Source of the DNA: Chiloscyllium plagiosum
Taxonomy: Eukaryota
Assembly (NCBI RefSeq): GCF_004010195.1
Contig: NC_057719.1
Coordinates: 37,754,547 to 37,818,546 of the forward strand
Direction: 5' to 3'
Length of the DNA stretch: 64,000 nt
Shown here one piece after another: positions 36,017 through 49,672 of this stretch. The translations under genes and the position numbers were made by a program. Position 1 is the first letter of the stretch. Every line of letters starts with the position of its first letter. Below the pieces are notes generated by a model. That model did not search any database. It had not been told where the DNA came from and saw nothing but the letters and a program-made list of their open reading frames with translations.

Positions 36017-38451
36017 GTATGCACACGGCAAAGTAGGTATAATCTAAACAGCTAGATCGCTCTACCATTGTAATATGAATATTTGCTTGCTCATGTTGGT
36101 CATCACTTATCTTGATTTTAAGTGAAAATAGTATTCTAAAACACATAATCCTTGTTGGGTACTATTTGAGAAAAATCGGTTTGGAAGTTGAGAGATTTTA
36201 AGCAATTGATTGCACGATGTAACACAGGTTTTTCTTGATAGTACAGCTAGTAAACTGATTAACATGAATGTTGCATAAAGGAAAATACAGTGCAAAGAAT
36301 TTTCAATATAAAGTCTCTGCTTTTTGCTCATACCCTGCTCCTGTTCATGATTTAAAAGCAGAATTCACAATCCTCCTGTTTTGTTTCAATTCTGTTAATT
36401 GAACTTCTATTTATAATAAATTACAGCCTGGCACCTTGTTGAGTCTTAGTTTAAACATGGACAAAAGAGATGAATTTCGGAGGTGAGAATGATTGCTTTT
36501 GTCATAGAATATTACAGCGCAGTACAGGCCCATCGGCCCTTGATGTTGTGCCGACCTGTGGAACCAACCTAAAACCTATCTATCCTGCACTATCCCATTT
36601 TCACCCATATATTTATCCAATGACCATTTAAATGTCCTTAAGGTTAGTGAGTCTACTACAGTTACAGGCAGTGTGTTCCCCGCCCCTACTACTCTAAGTA
36701 AAGGAACTACCTCTGACGTCTGTCCTATATCTATCACCCATCAATTTAAAGCTATGACCCCTCGATGACAGCTCCATCTGAGGAAAAAGGCTCTCACTGT
36801 CCACTCTATCTAACCCTTTGATTATCTTATGTCTCAATTAAGTCCCCTCTCAATCTTCTTCTCTCCAGCAAGAACAGCCTCAAGACCATCAACCTTTTCT
36901 CATAAGTCCTTCCCTCCATACCAGGCAACATCCTAGTAAATCACCTCTGAACCCTTTCCAAAGCTTCCACATCCTTCTTATTATGTGGTGATCAGAACTG
37001 TACACACTGCAAGTGTGGCTGCACCAGAGTTTTGTACAGCTGCAGCATGACCTCATGGCTCCGAAACTCAATCCCTTTGCCAATAAAAGCTAACACACCG
37101 TTTGCTTTCTTAACAACCCGATCAACCTGGGTGGCAACTTTCAGGTGTACATGGACACTGAGAAGTCTCTACTCGTCCATTGCCAAGAATCTTACCATTA
37201 GCCCAGCACTCTTAATTCCTGTTGCTCCTTCCAAAATGAATCACTTCACACTTTTCTGCATTGAACTCCATTTGTCACCTCTCAGCCCAGCTCTGCAGGT
37301 TATCTATGTCCCTCTGTAACCTGCAACGTCCTTCAGCACTGTCCACAACTCTACTGACCTTGGTGTCATCCACAAATTTACTAACCCATCCTTCTCTGCT
37401 CTCATCCAGGTTGTTTATAAAAATGACAAACAACAGTGGACCCAGAACTGATCCCTGCAGTACACCACTACTAATTGAACTCCAGGATGAACATTTCCCA
37501 TCAACTACCACCCTCTGTCTTCTTTCAGCTTGCCAATTTCTGATCCAAAAGGCTAAATCACCCTCAATTCCATGCTTCAGTATTTTCTGCAATAGTGTAC
37601 ATTGGGGAACCTTATCAACTGCCTTACTGAAATCCATATATATCACATTAACCACTTTACCCTCATCCACCTGATTGGTCACCTTCTCAAAGAATTCAAT
37701 AAGGTTTGTGAGGCACGATCTACCCTTCATAAAGCTGTGTTGACTATCCCTCATCAACTTATTCCTTTCGAGATGATTATAAATCCTATCTCTTGTAACC
37801 TTTTCCAACACTTTAACCTCAACCGAGTAAGACTCATAGGTCTATAACTTCCAGGGTTGTCTCTACTCCCCTTCTTGAACAAGGAGACAACGTTTGCTAT
37901 CCTCCAATCTTCTGGCCCTATTCCTGTGGACAATAACGATGTAACAATCAAAGCCAAAGGCTCTGCAATTGCCTCATTGGCTTCCTGGAGAATCCGAGGA
38001 TAACTCTATCTTGCCCAGGGGACTTAACTATTTTCTCACTTTCCAGAATTGCTAACACCTCCTCCTTGTGAACCTCAATCCCGTCTCGTCTAGTAGCATG
38101 TTTCTAAGTATTCTCCTCGACAACATTTACTTTTTCCTGTGTGAATACCGACAAAATATATTCATTTAGCGCTTCTCCTGTCTTCTTGGACTCCACGTAC
38201 AACTTCCCACTAATGTCCTTGTTTGGCCTTAATCTTACTCTATTCGTACTTTTATTCCTGATATACCTATAGCAGGCTTTAGGGTTTTCCTTGATCCTAT
38301 CTGCCAACGACTTCTTAGGTCCCCTTCTGGCTCTTCTTAGTTCTCTCTTTAGGTGTTTGCTGGCTAGCTTGTAAATCTCAAGCACCCTAACGGAGCCTTC
38401 ATTTCTCATCCGAACATAAGCCTTCTTCCTCTTGACAAAAGATTCAACTTC

Positions 38452-38578
38452 AGGAAGGGGATCTTGCCCAAAACGTCAATTCTTCTGCTCCTCAGATGCT
38501 GCCAGACCTGCTGTGCTTTTCCAGCACCCCACTCTCAACTGAGATCTCCAGCATCTGCAGTCCTCACTTTCTCCTGAG
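38452..38578 (+). mobile_element. Short PLE family A terminal insertion with 12 bp TSD, inside the CR1
   Basis: agattcaacttc (38440-38451) / agatttaacttc (38579-38590) flank gcccaaaacgtcaattcttctgctcc...ctgcagtcctcactttctcc. Confidence 0.8.
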
Positions 38579-39705
38579 AGATTTAACTTCCTTAGTCAAC
38601 CACTTCCTCTCTGCCTGACAGGTACATACTTATCAAGGACACAGTAGCTGTTCCTTGAATAAGCTCCACATTTCAACTGTGCCCATCCCCTGCAGTTTCC
38701 TTCTCCATTCAAAGCATCCTAAATCTTGCTTAATTGCATCATAGTTGCCTTTCCCCCAGTTATAACTCTTGTCCTGCTGTATATACCTATCCCTTTCCAA
38801 CGCTAAAGTAAACATAACCAAATTGTGGTCACTATCACCAACGTGCTCACCTACCTCCAAATCTAACATCTGGCTGGGCTCATTACCCAGTACCAAATCT
38901 AATGTGGCCTCACTCCTTGTTGGCCTATCTACATACCGTGTCAGGAAACCCTCCTGCACACATTGGACAAAAACTGACCCATCTAAGATTCTTGAACTAT
39001 AGTATTTCCAGTCAATATTTGGAAAGTTAAAGTCCCCCATTCTCGCTCCTATCCAGAATAATCTTTGCTATCCTTTCCTCTACATCTCTGAAACTATTCA
39101 GAGACCCAACAGGGAAAATTCCCAACAGGGTGACCTCTCCTTTCCTGTTTCTAACCTCAGTCCAAACTACCTCAGTAGACGATTCCTCAAACGTCCTTTC
39201 TGACGCCGTAATACTGTCCTTGACTAACAATGTTACACCTCCCCCTCTTTTACCATCTTCTCTGTTCTTACTGAAACATCTAAATCCTGGAACCTGTAAC
39301 AACTATTCCCGTCCCTGCTTCTAACCACATCTTCGAAATAGCCACAACATTGAAGTCCCAGGAACCAACCCATGCTGCAAGTTCACCCACCTTATTCCGA
39401 GTGCTCCTGGCGTTGAAGTAGACACACTTCAAACCACCTTCCTCTTTGCCATTGCAGTCTTGAAACCAAATTTCTGACCTCACTACTCTCAACCTCCTGG
39501 GCATTGGAAGTACAATTTAGATTCACATCCCCCTGCTGAATTATTTTAAACCCTCCTGAAGAGTAATAGTAAATTTCTCTCCCAGGATATTTGTACCTCT
39601 GTGGTTCAGGTGTAGACCATCTTGTTCGTAGAGGTCCCACCTACCCCAGAATGAGCCCCAATTATCCAGGTATCTATCCTGTCCCATCCCTGTAGCTGCA
39701 TGTTC

Positions 39706-39709
<4 letters not shown>

Positions 39710-39797
<88 letters not shown>
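39710..39797. repeat. (CT)n microsatellite inside CR1 ORF1
   Basis: About 88 nt of near-perfect CT repeat with two CTTT interruptions. Confidence 0.97.
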
Positions 39798-39798
<1 letters not shown>

Positions 39799-40534
39799 TT
39801 CTTCGCCTTCTTAACATGTGCCACAAAAGATAACAACTCTTTGTTGTAGCACTACCTTAAATCCCCATCCCTTGTTGTTACTGCTGCTCCCCCTCCTCCT
39901 CTAGGATTCCAAAAACACAATCTGAGATGTCACTAACCCTAAGAGGCAACACACGAGAATCTCTCTCTTGTTCCCACAGAACCTCCTATTTGTCCCTCTT
40001 GCTATGGGGTCCCCAATGACTAATGCTCTGCTTATCTCTCCCCTTCCCTTCTGAGCAACAGGGACAGACTCTGCTATAGACATCTACCCCATGGCTTACC
40101 CCTGGTAAGTCGTCCCCCAACAGTATCAAAAATGGTACACTTATTATTGAGGGGAACAGCTACAGGGCATCCCTGTGCTATCAGCCAGTTCCCTGACTGT
40201 AACCCATCTGCCGCCTTCTTGTACCTGAGGTGTGACTACCTCCCTGTAACTCCTCTCAACAACCCCCTCCTCCTCCCGAATAAGTTCATCCAGTTCCAGC
40301 TCCAGTTCCCTAACATGGTTTTTGAGGAGCTGGAGTTGGGTGCACTTCCCATCGATGAAGTCAGCAGGAACACGAGTGGTGACCCTTACCTCCCACATTG
40401 TGCAGGAGAAACATTCAACTATCCCATCCGCCATTCCCACTATTCTAACTTCCCAAAGAGACAATTGAAAAATAAATAATAAAAAAAACTATTTACTTTA
40501 CCAATCCAGCGCACAAGGACACATCAAGGAGTCA

Positions 40535-43500
40535 AAGAGTCATAAAGATGTACAGCACGGAAACAGACCCTTCGGTCCAACTTGTCCATGCTGACCAGAT
40601 ATCCCAACCCAATCTAGTCCCACCTGCCAGCACCTGGCCCATATCCCTCCAAACCCTTCCTATTCATATACCTATCCAGCTGCCTTTTAAATGTTGCAAC
40701 TGTACTAGCCTCCACAGCTCATTCCATGCATGTGTCATCCTCTGCGTGAAAAAGTTGCTCCTTAAGTCTCTCTTATATCTTTCCCCTCTCACCCTAACCC
40801 TCTGCCCTCTAGTTCTGGACTCCCCCACCCCAGGGAAAAGACTTTGTCTATTTATCCTATCCATGCCCGTCAAGATTTTATAAACCTCTATAAGGTTGCC
40901 GCTCAGCCTCTTGACGCTCCAGGCAAAACAGCCCAAGCCTATTCAGCCTCTCTCTATAGCTCAAATCCTCCAACCCTGGCAACATCCTTGTAAGTCTTTA
41001 TTGAACCCCTTCAAGTTTCACAATGTCTTTCCATTAGGAAGGAGGCCAGAATTGCACGCAATATTCCAACAGTGGCTTAACCAATGTCCTGTACAGCCGC
41101 AAAATGACCTTCCAACTCCTGTATTCAATACTCTGACCAATAAAGGAAAGCATACCAAACACCTCCTTCACTATCCTATCTACCTGCAACTCCACTTTCA
41201 AGGAGCTATGAACCTGCACTCCAAGGTCTCTCTGTTCAGCAACACTCCCGACGACCTTACCATTAAGTGTACAAGTCCTGCTAAGATTTGCTTTCCCAAA
41301 ATGCAACACCTCGTATTTATCTGAATTAAACTCCATCTGCCATTTCTCAGCCCATTAACCCATCTGATCAAGATCCTGTTGTAATTTGAGGTAACCATCT
41401 TTGCTGTCCACTACACGTCCAATTTGGCTGTCATCTGCAAACTTACTAACTATACTTCTTGTGCTCACATCCAATTCATTTATGTAAATGACGAAAAATA
41501 GTGCACCCAGTACTGATCGTTGTGGCACTCCACTGATCACAGGCCTCCAGTCTGAAAAACAACCCTCCACCACCTACCTCTATCTTCTATCTTCGAGCCA
41601 GTTCTGTATCTAAATGGCTAGTTCTCCCTGTATTCCATGAGATCTAACCTTGCTAATCAGTCTCCAATGGGGAACCTTGTCGAACGCCTTACTGAAGTCC
41701 ATACAGATCATGTCTACTGCTCTGCCCTCATCAATCCTCTTTGTCACTTCTTCAAGACACTCAGTTAAGTTTGTGAGACATGATTTCCTACCCACAAAGT
41801 CATGTTGACTATCCTTAATCAGTCCTTGCCTTTCCAAATATATGTACATCCTGTCCCTCAAGATTCCCTCCAACAACTTGCCCACCACTGACGTTAGGCT
41901 TACTCGTCTATAGTTCCCTGGTTTGTCCTTACCATCTTTCTTAAACAGTGGCACCACGTTAGCCAACCTCCAGTCTTCTAGCACCTCACCTGTGACTATC
42001 GATGATACAAATATCTCAGCAAGAGGCCAAGCAATCACTTCCCTAGCTTCTCACAAGAGTTCTACGGTACATCTGATCAGATCCTGGGGATTTATCCACT
42101 TTTATGCATTTCAAGACATCCAGCACTTCCTCCTCTGTAATATGGACATTTTTCAAGATGTCATCATCTATTTTCCACAGTAAATACTGATGCAAAATAC
42201 TCTTTTACTATCTCCTGCGGCTCCACACAAAGGCTGCCTTGCTGATCTTTGAGGGGCCCTATTCTCCCCCTAGTTACCCTTTTCTCCTTAATGTTTCTGT
42301 AAAAAGCATTTGGATTCTCCTTAACTCTATTTGCCAAAGCTATCTCATGTCCCCTTTTTGCCCTCTTGATTTCCCTCTTAAGTATACTCCTACTGCCTTT
42401 ATACTCTTCTAAGGATTCACTCAAGCTACCCTGTCTATACCTGACATATGCTTCTTTCTTTTTCTTAACCAAACATAGAACATAGAAGAATACAGCGCAG
42501 TACAGGCCCTTCGGCCCTCGATGTTGCGCCGATCCAAGCCCACCTAACCTACACTAGCCCACTATCCTCCATATGCCTATCCAATGCCCGCTTAAATGCC
42601 CATAATGAGGGAGAGTCCACCACTGCTACTGGCAGGGCATTCCATGAACTCACAACTCGCTGAGTAAAGAACCTACCTCTAACATCTGTCCTATACCTAC
42701 CCCCCCTTAATTTAAAGCTATGCCCCCTTGTAATAGCTGATATGCCCCCTTGTAAAACCCTCAATTTCTTTAGTCATCCAGCATTCTCTATACCTTCCAG
42801 CCTTCCCTTTCACCCTAACAGGAATATACGTCTCCGGACTCTCGTTATCTCATTTCTGAAGGCTCCCCATTTTCCAGCTGTCTCTTTACCTGTGAACATC
42901 TGCCTCCAATCAGCTTTTGCCTAATACTGTCAAAATTGGCCTTTCTCCAATTTAGAACTTCAACTTTTAGACCTGGTCTATCCTTTTCCGTCGCTATTTT
43001 AAAACTGATAGAATTATGGCCACTGGCCCCATAGTGCCCCCCCACTGACACCTCAGTCACCTGCCCTGCCATTTTTACACCTTGTCTAAGTAGGTACATC
43101 CACATACTGAATCAGAAAATTTAAGATCATAAGACATAGGAGCGGAAGTAAGGCCATTCGGCCCATTGAGTCCACTCTGCCATTCAATCATGGCTGATGG
43201 GCATTTCAACTCCACTTACCCACATTCTCCCCGTAGCCCTTAATTCCTTGTGACATCAAGAATTTATCAATCTCTGCCTTGAAGACATTTAGCGTCCCGG
43301 CCTCCACTGCACTCTGCGGCAATGAATTCCACAGGCCCACCACTCTCTGGCTGAAGAAATGTCACCGCATTTCTGTTCTGAATTTACCCCCTCTAATTCT
43401 AAGGCTGTATCCACGGGTCCTAGTCTCCTCGCCTAACGGAAACAATTTCCGAGCATCCACCCTTTCCAAGCCATGTATTATCTTGTAAGTTTCTATTAGA

Positions 43501-44715
43501 TCTCCCCTTAATCTTCTAAACTCCAATGAATACAATCCCAGGATCATATGTTAGACCTACCATTCCAGGGATCATCCGTGTGAATCTCCGCTGGACACGC
43601 TCCAGTGCTAGTATGTCCTTCCTAAGGTGTGGGGCCCAAAACTGGACACAGTACTCCAAATGGGGCCTAACCAGAGCTTTATAAAGTCTCAGTAACACAA
43701 GTGTGCTTTTATATTCCAACTCTCTTGAGATAAATGACAACATTGCATTCGCTTTCTTAATCACGGACTCAACCTGCATGTTTACCTTTAGAGAATCCTC
43801 AACTAGCACTCCCAGATCCCTTTGTACTTTGGCTTTACGAATTTTCTCACCATTTAGAAAGTAGTCCATGGACACAATTAACAAATTCCTCTCCATCTAA
43901 ACCCTTAACACTACGACAGTCCCAGTCTATGTTTGGAAAGTTAAAAACCTCTACCATAACCACCCAATTATTCTTACAAATAACTGAGATATGCTCACAA
44001 ATTTGTTTCTCAATTTCCCGCTAACTATTACAAGGTCTATACTACAATCCCAATAAGGTGATCATCACTTTCTTATTTCTCAGTTCCACCCAAATAACTT
44101 CCCTGCAAGTATTTCCGGGAATATCCACCCTCACTACAGCTGTAACGCTATCCCTTATCAAAAACACCACTCCCAGAGAGTGGTTGCTGTGTGGAATGCT
44201 CTGCCCAGAGGGCAGTGGAGGCCCAGTCTCTGGATTCATTTAAGAAAGAGTTGGATAGCGCTCTCAAGGATAGTGGAATCAAAGGTTATGGAAATAAGGC
44301 AGGAACAGGATACTGATTAAGGATGATCAGCCATGATCATATTGAATGGTGGTGCAGGCTCGAAGGGCAGAATAGCCTACTCCTGCACCTATTGTCTATT
44401 GTCCCCCTTCTCTCTTGCCTCCCTTTCTATCCTTCCTGTAGCATTTATATCCTGGAACATTAAGGTGCCAGTTCTGTCCATCCCTGAACCATGTTTCTGT
44501 AATTGCTACGATATCCCAGTCCCATATTCCTAACCATACCCTGAGTTCATCTGCCTTCCCTGTTAGGCCCCTTGCATTGAAATAAATGCAGTTCAATTTA
44601 TCAGTCCTACCTTGTCCCTGCCTGCCCTGACTGTTTGACTCGCTTCTGTTCTCAACTGTACCAGTCTCAGATTGATCTCTTTCCTCACTATCTTCCCGGG
44701 TTCCCCGCCTTACTA
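40535..44715 (-). mobile_element. CR1/HER1 LINE with most of ORF2, carrying three nested CR1 pieces (about 42473-42752 minus, 43125-43870 minus, 44176-44402 plus)
   Basis: LNCIYFNARGL (APE start), PGNYRRVSLTSVVGK, MDFSKAFDKVPH, KFADDS; tail gagtcataaagatgtacagc at about 40538. The nested pieces have their own tails (catagaa, taagatcataagacatagg, ctattgtctattgt). Confidence 0.9.
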
Positions 44716-44719
44716 GTTT

Positions 44720-45718
44720 CAATGGGAATTGTTTGCTTGTTGACACAAAGATGGTTGTGGTTGTTGGAGGTCAGTCATCTCTGCAAGAGTTCCTCAGGAT
44801 AGTGACCTGGGCCCAACCATTTTCAACTGCTTCGTTAACAACCTTCCCTCCATCATAATGTTAGTGAAGGTGACGTTCACTGATCACTAAACGACATGCC
44901 TATTGGAGCAACTCTGAAGCAGCATTTCCAAATGCAGCAAGTCCTGGAAAGTATCCAGGCTTGGGCTGAGAAGTGGCAAGTACCATTTGTGCCACAGAAT
45001 TGCCAGGCCATGAGCATCTCCAACAAGAGAGAATCTGGTTATCACTCCTTGACAGTCAATAACATTACCATCACTGAATTCCCTCACTATCAATCCTGAG
45101 GGTTACCATTGGCCAGAAGCTGAAATGGAATAGCCATACAAATACTGTGGCTACAAGAGCAGGTCAAATGTGAATAATTCACCTCCTGATTTTCCCAGAG
45201 CCTGTCCTGCATCACTAAGTCACATGTCAGGAGTGTGATAGAATGGGTACTTGTATGGGCGAGTGCAGATCCAACAACACTCAAGAAACTTAAAACAATC
45301 CAGGACAAAGCAGCCTGATTGATTGGCACCACATCCACAAAATGTCACTCCTTCCACCCCAATGCTCAGTAGCAACATGCGTATCAATTGCAGGATGCAC
45401 TGCAGAAATTCACCAAAGCTCCTTATGAAGCACCTTCCAAACTTGTTACTGTTTACCATCCAGCAGCACAGGGCAACAGATGTATGGGCACACCACCATT
45501 GACAAGTTTCCCTTCAAGCCACTCACCATCCTGACTTGGAAATATATCACCATTCCTTCATTGTTGCTGGAAATCCTGGAATTCCTCTCACGACATTGTG
45601 TATCGATTGACAGAAAATGGGCCGCAGCAGTTCCACTAAACAGCTCACCACTACTTTCTCAAGGGCATCTAGGGATAGGCCGAGCCAGTGATGTCCGCAT
45701 TCCATTAGTGAAAAAAGA
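44720..45718 (+). mobile_element. 3' half of the second CR1-group LINE family; its 5' neighbour is at about 36430-36500
   Basis: Collinear with the 26880-27150 copy; ends ctcaccactactttctcaagggcatctagggatagg...gatgtccgcattcc. Confidence 0.75.
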
Positions 45719-46199
45719 GAATAATATATTAACAACCAACACCTGATTATTAAAATAAAAATTATGGACACTGGAGGAAAAACATATAATTTCTAATAAC
45801 TTCTTTCATTGTACTTCCTTCTGTCCCATTTCATTTCTGAGAATTATGTAAATTTGTGACACTGATAACATGCTCCTGCAAATGTAAACACTGTATGAGC
45901 ATATAATTGCCACATTTACAGAAGTGGTCCCTATTAAAAATATTGACGTTAATTCATAATGACATATAAAAATAAAGACAAATATGATTTTAGAATGGGT
46001 ACTCAAAACTGTATCTGCACTGCCTCATTCAATTTCCCACAGCTCTTTAAGTCCATTACCACTGAAAACTGCACTCCATCTTAACTTTCAGATACAGAGC
46101 CTGGTGAAGTTAACTGATTAGTAATGTATTTAGTATCTTGCAAAGGTAACACTTTTTCTGCATTTCAATTTTGTGACTACTTCTACTGGCATAATACTA

Positions 46200-47400
46200 A
46201 GTAAGAGGGCAGAGCGGTGGATGTGATCTATATGGACTTCAGTAAGGCATTCAACAAGTTTCCCCATGGGAGACTGGTTAACAAGGTTGGATCTCATGGA
46301 ATACAGGGTGAACTAGCCATTTTGATACAGAACTAGCTCAAAGGTGGAAGACAGAGGGTGGTGGTGGAGGATTGTTTTTCATACTGGAGGCCTGTGACCA
46401 GTGGAGTGCCACAAGGATTAGTGCTGGGTCCAGTACTTTTCATTATTTATATAAATGATCTGGAAGTGAACATAAGAGGCATAGTTAGTAAGTTTGCAGA
46501 TGACACCAAAATTGGAGGTGTAGTGGACAGCGAAGAAAGTTACCTCAGATTACAACGGGATCTTGATCAGATGGGCCAATGGGCTGAGAAATGGCAGATG
46601 GAGTTTAATTTAGATAAGCGTGAGGTGCTGCATTTTGGGAAAGCAAATCTTAGCAGGACTTATACACTTAATGGTAAGGTCGGAGAGAGTGTTGCTGAGC
46701 AAAGAGACCTTCATAGTTCCTTGAAGGTGGAGTTGCAGGTAGATAGGATAGTGAAGAAGGCATTTGGTATGCTTTCCTTTATTGGTCAGAGTATTGAGTA
46801 CAGGAGTTGGGAGGTCATGTTGCAGCTGTACAGGACATTGGTTAGGCCCCTGTTGGAATATTGCGTACATTTCTGGTCTCCTTCCTATCGGAAAGATGTT
46901 GTGAAACTTGAAAGGGTTCAGAAAAGATTTACAAGGATGTTGCCATGGTTGGAGGATTTGAGCTATAGGGAGAAGCTGAACAGGCTGGAGCTGTTTTCCC
47001 TGGAGCGTCGGAGGCTGAGGGGCGACCTTATAGAGATTTACAAAATTATGAGGGGCACGAATAGGATAAATAGACAAAGTGTTTTCCCTGGGGTGGGAGA
47101 GTCCATAACTAGAGGGCATAGGTTTAGGGTGAGAGGGGAAAGATATAAAAGAGACCTAAGTAGCAAATTTTTCACGGAGAGGGTGGTACGTTTATGGAAT
47201 GAGCTGCCAGAGGGAGTGGTGGAGGCTGGTACAATAGCAACATTTAAAAGGCATTTGGATGGGTAAGTGTTTAGGAAGGGTTTAGAGGGATATGGGCTGG
47301 GTGTTGGCAGGTGGGCGAAGATATGTTTGGGATATCTTGTTGGCATGGACAGATTGGACCGAAGGGTCTGTCTCTGTGCTGTACATCTCTATGACTCTAA
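46200..47400 (+). mobile_element. CR1/HER1 LINE, 5'-truncated, with a 302-aa open RT C-terminal frame
   Basis: ORF 46358-47266: SGVPQG, KFADDTK, RPLLEYCV, RRLRGDL; tail ctctatgactct. Confidence 0.92.
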
Positions 47401-48682
47401 ATAGTTTGTTAAAGGACTTTTCTTTTTGTTTATTGTGGGTGATGTCCTGCCACACGGTGGCACTATCAACCACAATTGGAGCTGTTTGTTTTGATATGAT
47501 GCCTTTGCTGCTCAAAAACAAAATGCCCAAGACTTTCACAGCAGTATTGCAAAATAAAATTTTATATTGAGCTCCATAAGGAGATAGTATGATGGGTGAC
47601 CAAAGCTTAGAAAGGAGGTGAGTTTTAAGGTGCATATTAGAGGAGGAAAGAGACAGATAAAGATTTAAGGATAAATTAGGACAAGGACATCTGAAGGCAA
47701 GTTGAAAACTGGGAAGCTCAAAAAGCCTGCATTAGAGGAGTGCACATATCCTGGAGAGTTGTGGGATTGGAGGAGATTACAGAAATAGGGAGGATGTGTT
47801 CATGAAAGGTTTTGAAATCTGGGATGAGTTTTTGTTTTATGTGAAGTATTGTCTGATGTGGAGCCAGGGCAGGTCACAATGCACAGGTTGATGGATGAGC
47901 AGGATTTCATGCAAAGAAGCAATCAGAACATCTCTGCTGCTTTTATCTTTGGGTACTCAAAAACCATTCACAGTCATTTAATTACTTTTAACGTATGTTA
48001 TGACATTGGCAAATATGTTAGTCAGTATGTCTGCACTGATAATATGGCAAGCTCATTCATGTTTGGATTTGCTTGATGAACACTGGGGGAACACTCTGCT
48101 CCTCAGGCAGATCTTATCCAGTGCCTTATTCTGTAATGCGTTATTTGTCTACCAAGCTAAACTATTTAAAACTGACAGTGGGAAACAAAGCTAGTATTAT
48201 AGATTAATGTGAAATTAGAAAATAAGCTAGCCAACATGATTTCTAGTGTGTGTCATGTTTCTCCCTCTAAGAATGGGATGCCATTTGATGTCTACAGTGG
48301 ACTCCAAGAACCACTGTAAGGAAAGAGGAGTAGGCTACAGTTCCTTTACTTATTTCCAGGGCCTTCTGCTGGATATTCTGGCAAAGACCTGTTGGAGTGT
48401 GGCTTTGAAGTCATGCTCCCAATCCAAATGTTTTATGAACAAAGCTGTAGTAAGATTAATGATTATGCAAGTATCAAAAGATTGTTGATGACACTCTGTT
48501 CTGACTGTTGTCCTTGACAGTAATTAGGGAAGGACAGCAAATGCTGCCTTGTGAACCATGCTCACATTCCATGGTGGGGTGAATAAAAAAGTGGCTATGT
48601 TCAGATAAAGGGGAATGGGAAAATTGGAAAAGAGAAAAGTAGGGACAGAGTTTGTAGCAAACTAAAACTGCTGTTGTAAATG

Positions 48683-49672
48683 TAGAGTCATAGATATGTA
48701 CAGCATGGAAACACCCTTCAGTCCAACTTGTCCATGCCCACCAGATATCCTAAATAGATCTAGTCCCAATTGCCGGCATTTGGCCCATGCCCTTCTAAAC
48801 CATCCCTATTCATATACCTATACAGATGGCTTTTAAATGTTGTAGCTACCAGCCTCCACCACTTCCTCTGGCAGCTCATTCGGTACATGCACCACCCTTT
48901 GTGTGAAAAGGTTGCCACTTGAGTCCCTTTTAAGTCTTTCCCCTCTGACCTTAAACCTATGCCCTCTGATTTTGGACCCCCCCCCAGAGAAAAGACCTCG
49001 TATATTTACCCTATCCAAACTCCTCTTAATTTTATAAACTTCTATAAGGTCACTCCTCAGCCTCTGACACTCCTGGGAAAACAGCCCCAGCGAATACAGC
49101 CTCTCCTGTCCAACCCTGGCAACATCCTTGTAAATCTTTTCTGAACCCTTTCAAGTTTCCCAAGATCCTTCCTGTAGCAGGGAGATCAGAATTGTATGCA
49201 GTATTCCAAACGTGGCCTAACCAATGTCCTATTCAGCCGCAATATGCTCTCCTAACTCCTATACCCAATGCACTGACCAATAGGCAAGCACACCAAATGC
49301 CTTTTTCACTATTCTATCTACTGCAACTCCACTTTCAAGGGTCTATGAACCTGCACTCCAAGGTCTTTTTGTTCCCCAGGAGATTACCAATAAGTCCCAC
49401 CCTGATTTGCCTTTCCAAAATGTAGCACCTCTCATTTATCTAAGTTAAACTCCATCTGTCAATCCTTGGCTCATTGGCCCATTTGATCGAGATCCTGTTG
49501 TACTCTGAGGTGACCTTCTTGGCTGTCCACGACATCAGCAATCATGGTGTCCTCTGCAAATTAACTAACCATACCTCCCACAGTCACATCCAAATCATTT
49601 ATGTAAGTGACAAAAAGCAGTTGACCCAACACTGATCCTTGCGGCACAGCCCTGGTCACAGGCTTACAGTCC
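48683..49672 (-). mobile_element. CR1/HER1 LINE 3' part
   Basis: tagagtcatagatatgtacagc tail; RT C-terminal motifs on the minus strand. Confidence 0.85.

Larger units (their letters stand above)
36502..40520 (-). mobile_element. Near full-length CR1 LINE (ORF1 with zinc-finger/leucine-zipper and SGNH-esterase remnants; ORF2 APE endonuclease + RT), disrupted
   Basis: VECFSCTMWEV...KCTQLQLL...VRELELELD (40144-40464); ALVIGDPIARG (esterase block); LKCVYFNARS; MGDFNFPNIDW; IYMDFSKAVDKVP; QGSVLGPLLF; KFVDDTK; 3' tail at about 36502. Confidence 0.92.

Noticed and set aside
39606..39836. ORF with a long ER repeat
   Set aside because: Translation of the (CT)n microsatellite.
46358..47266. 302-aa reverse-transcriptase ORF as a host or novel RT gene
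   Set aside because: 5'-truncated CR1 copy with the family tail and a small internal deletion; many similar copies occur in the window.
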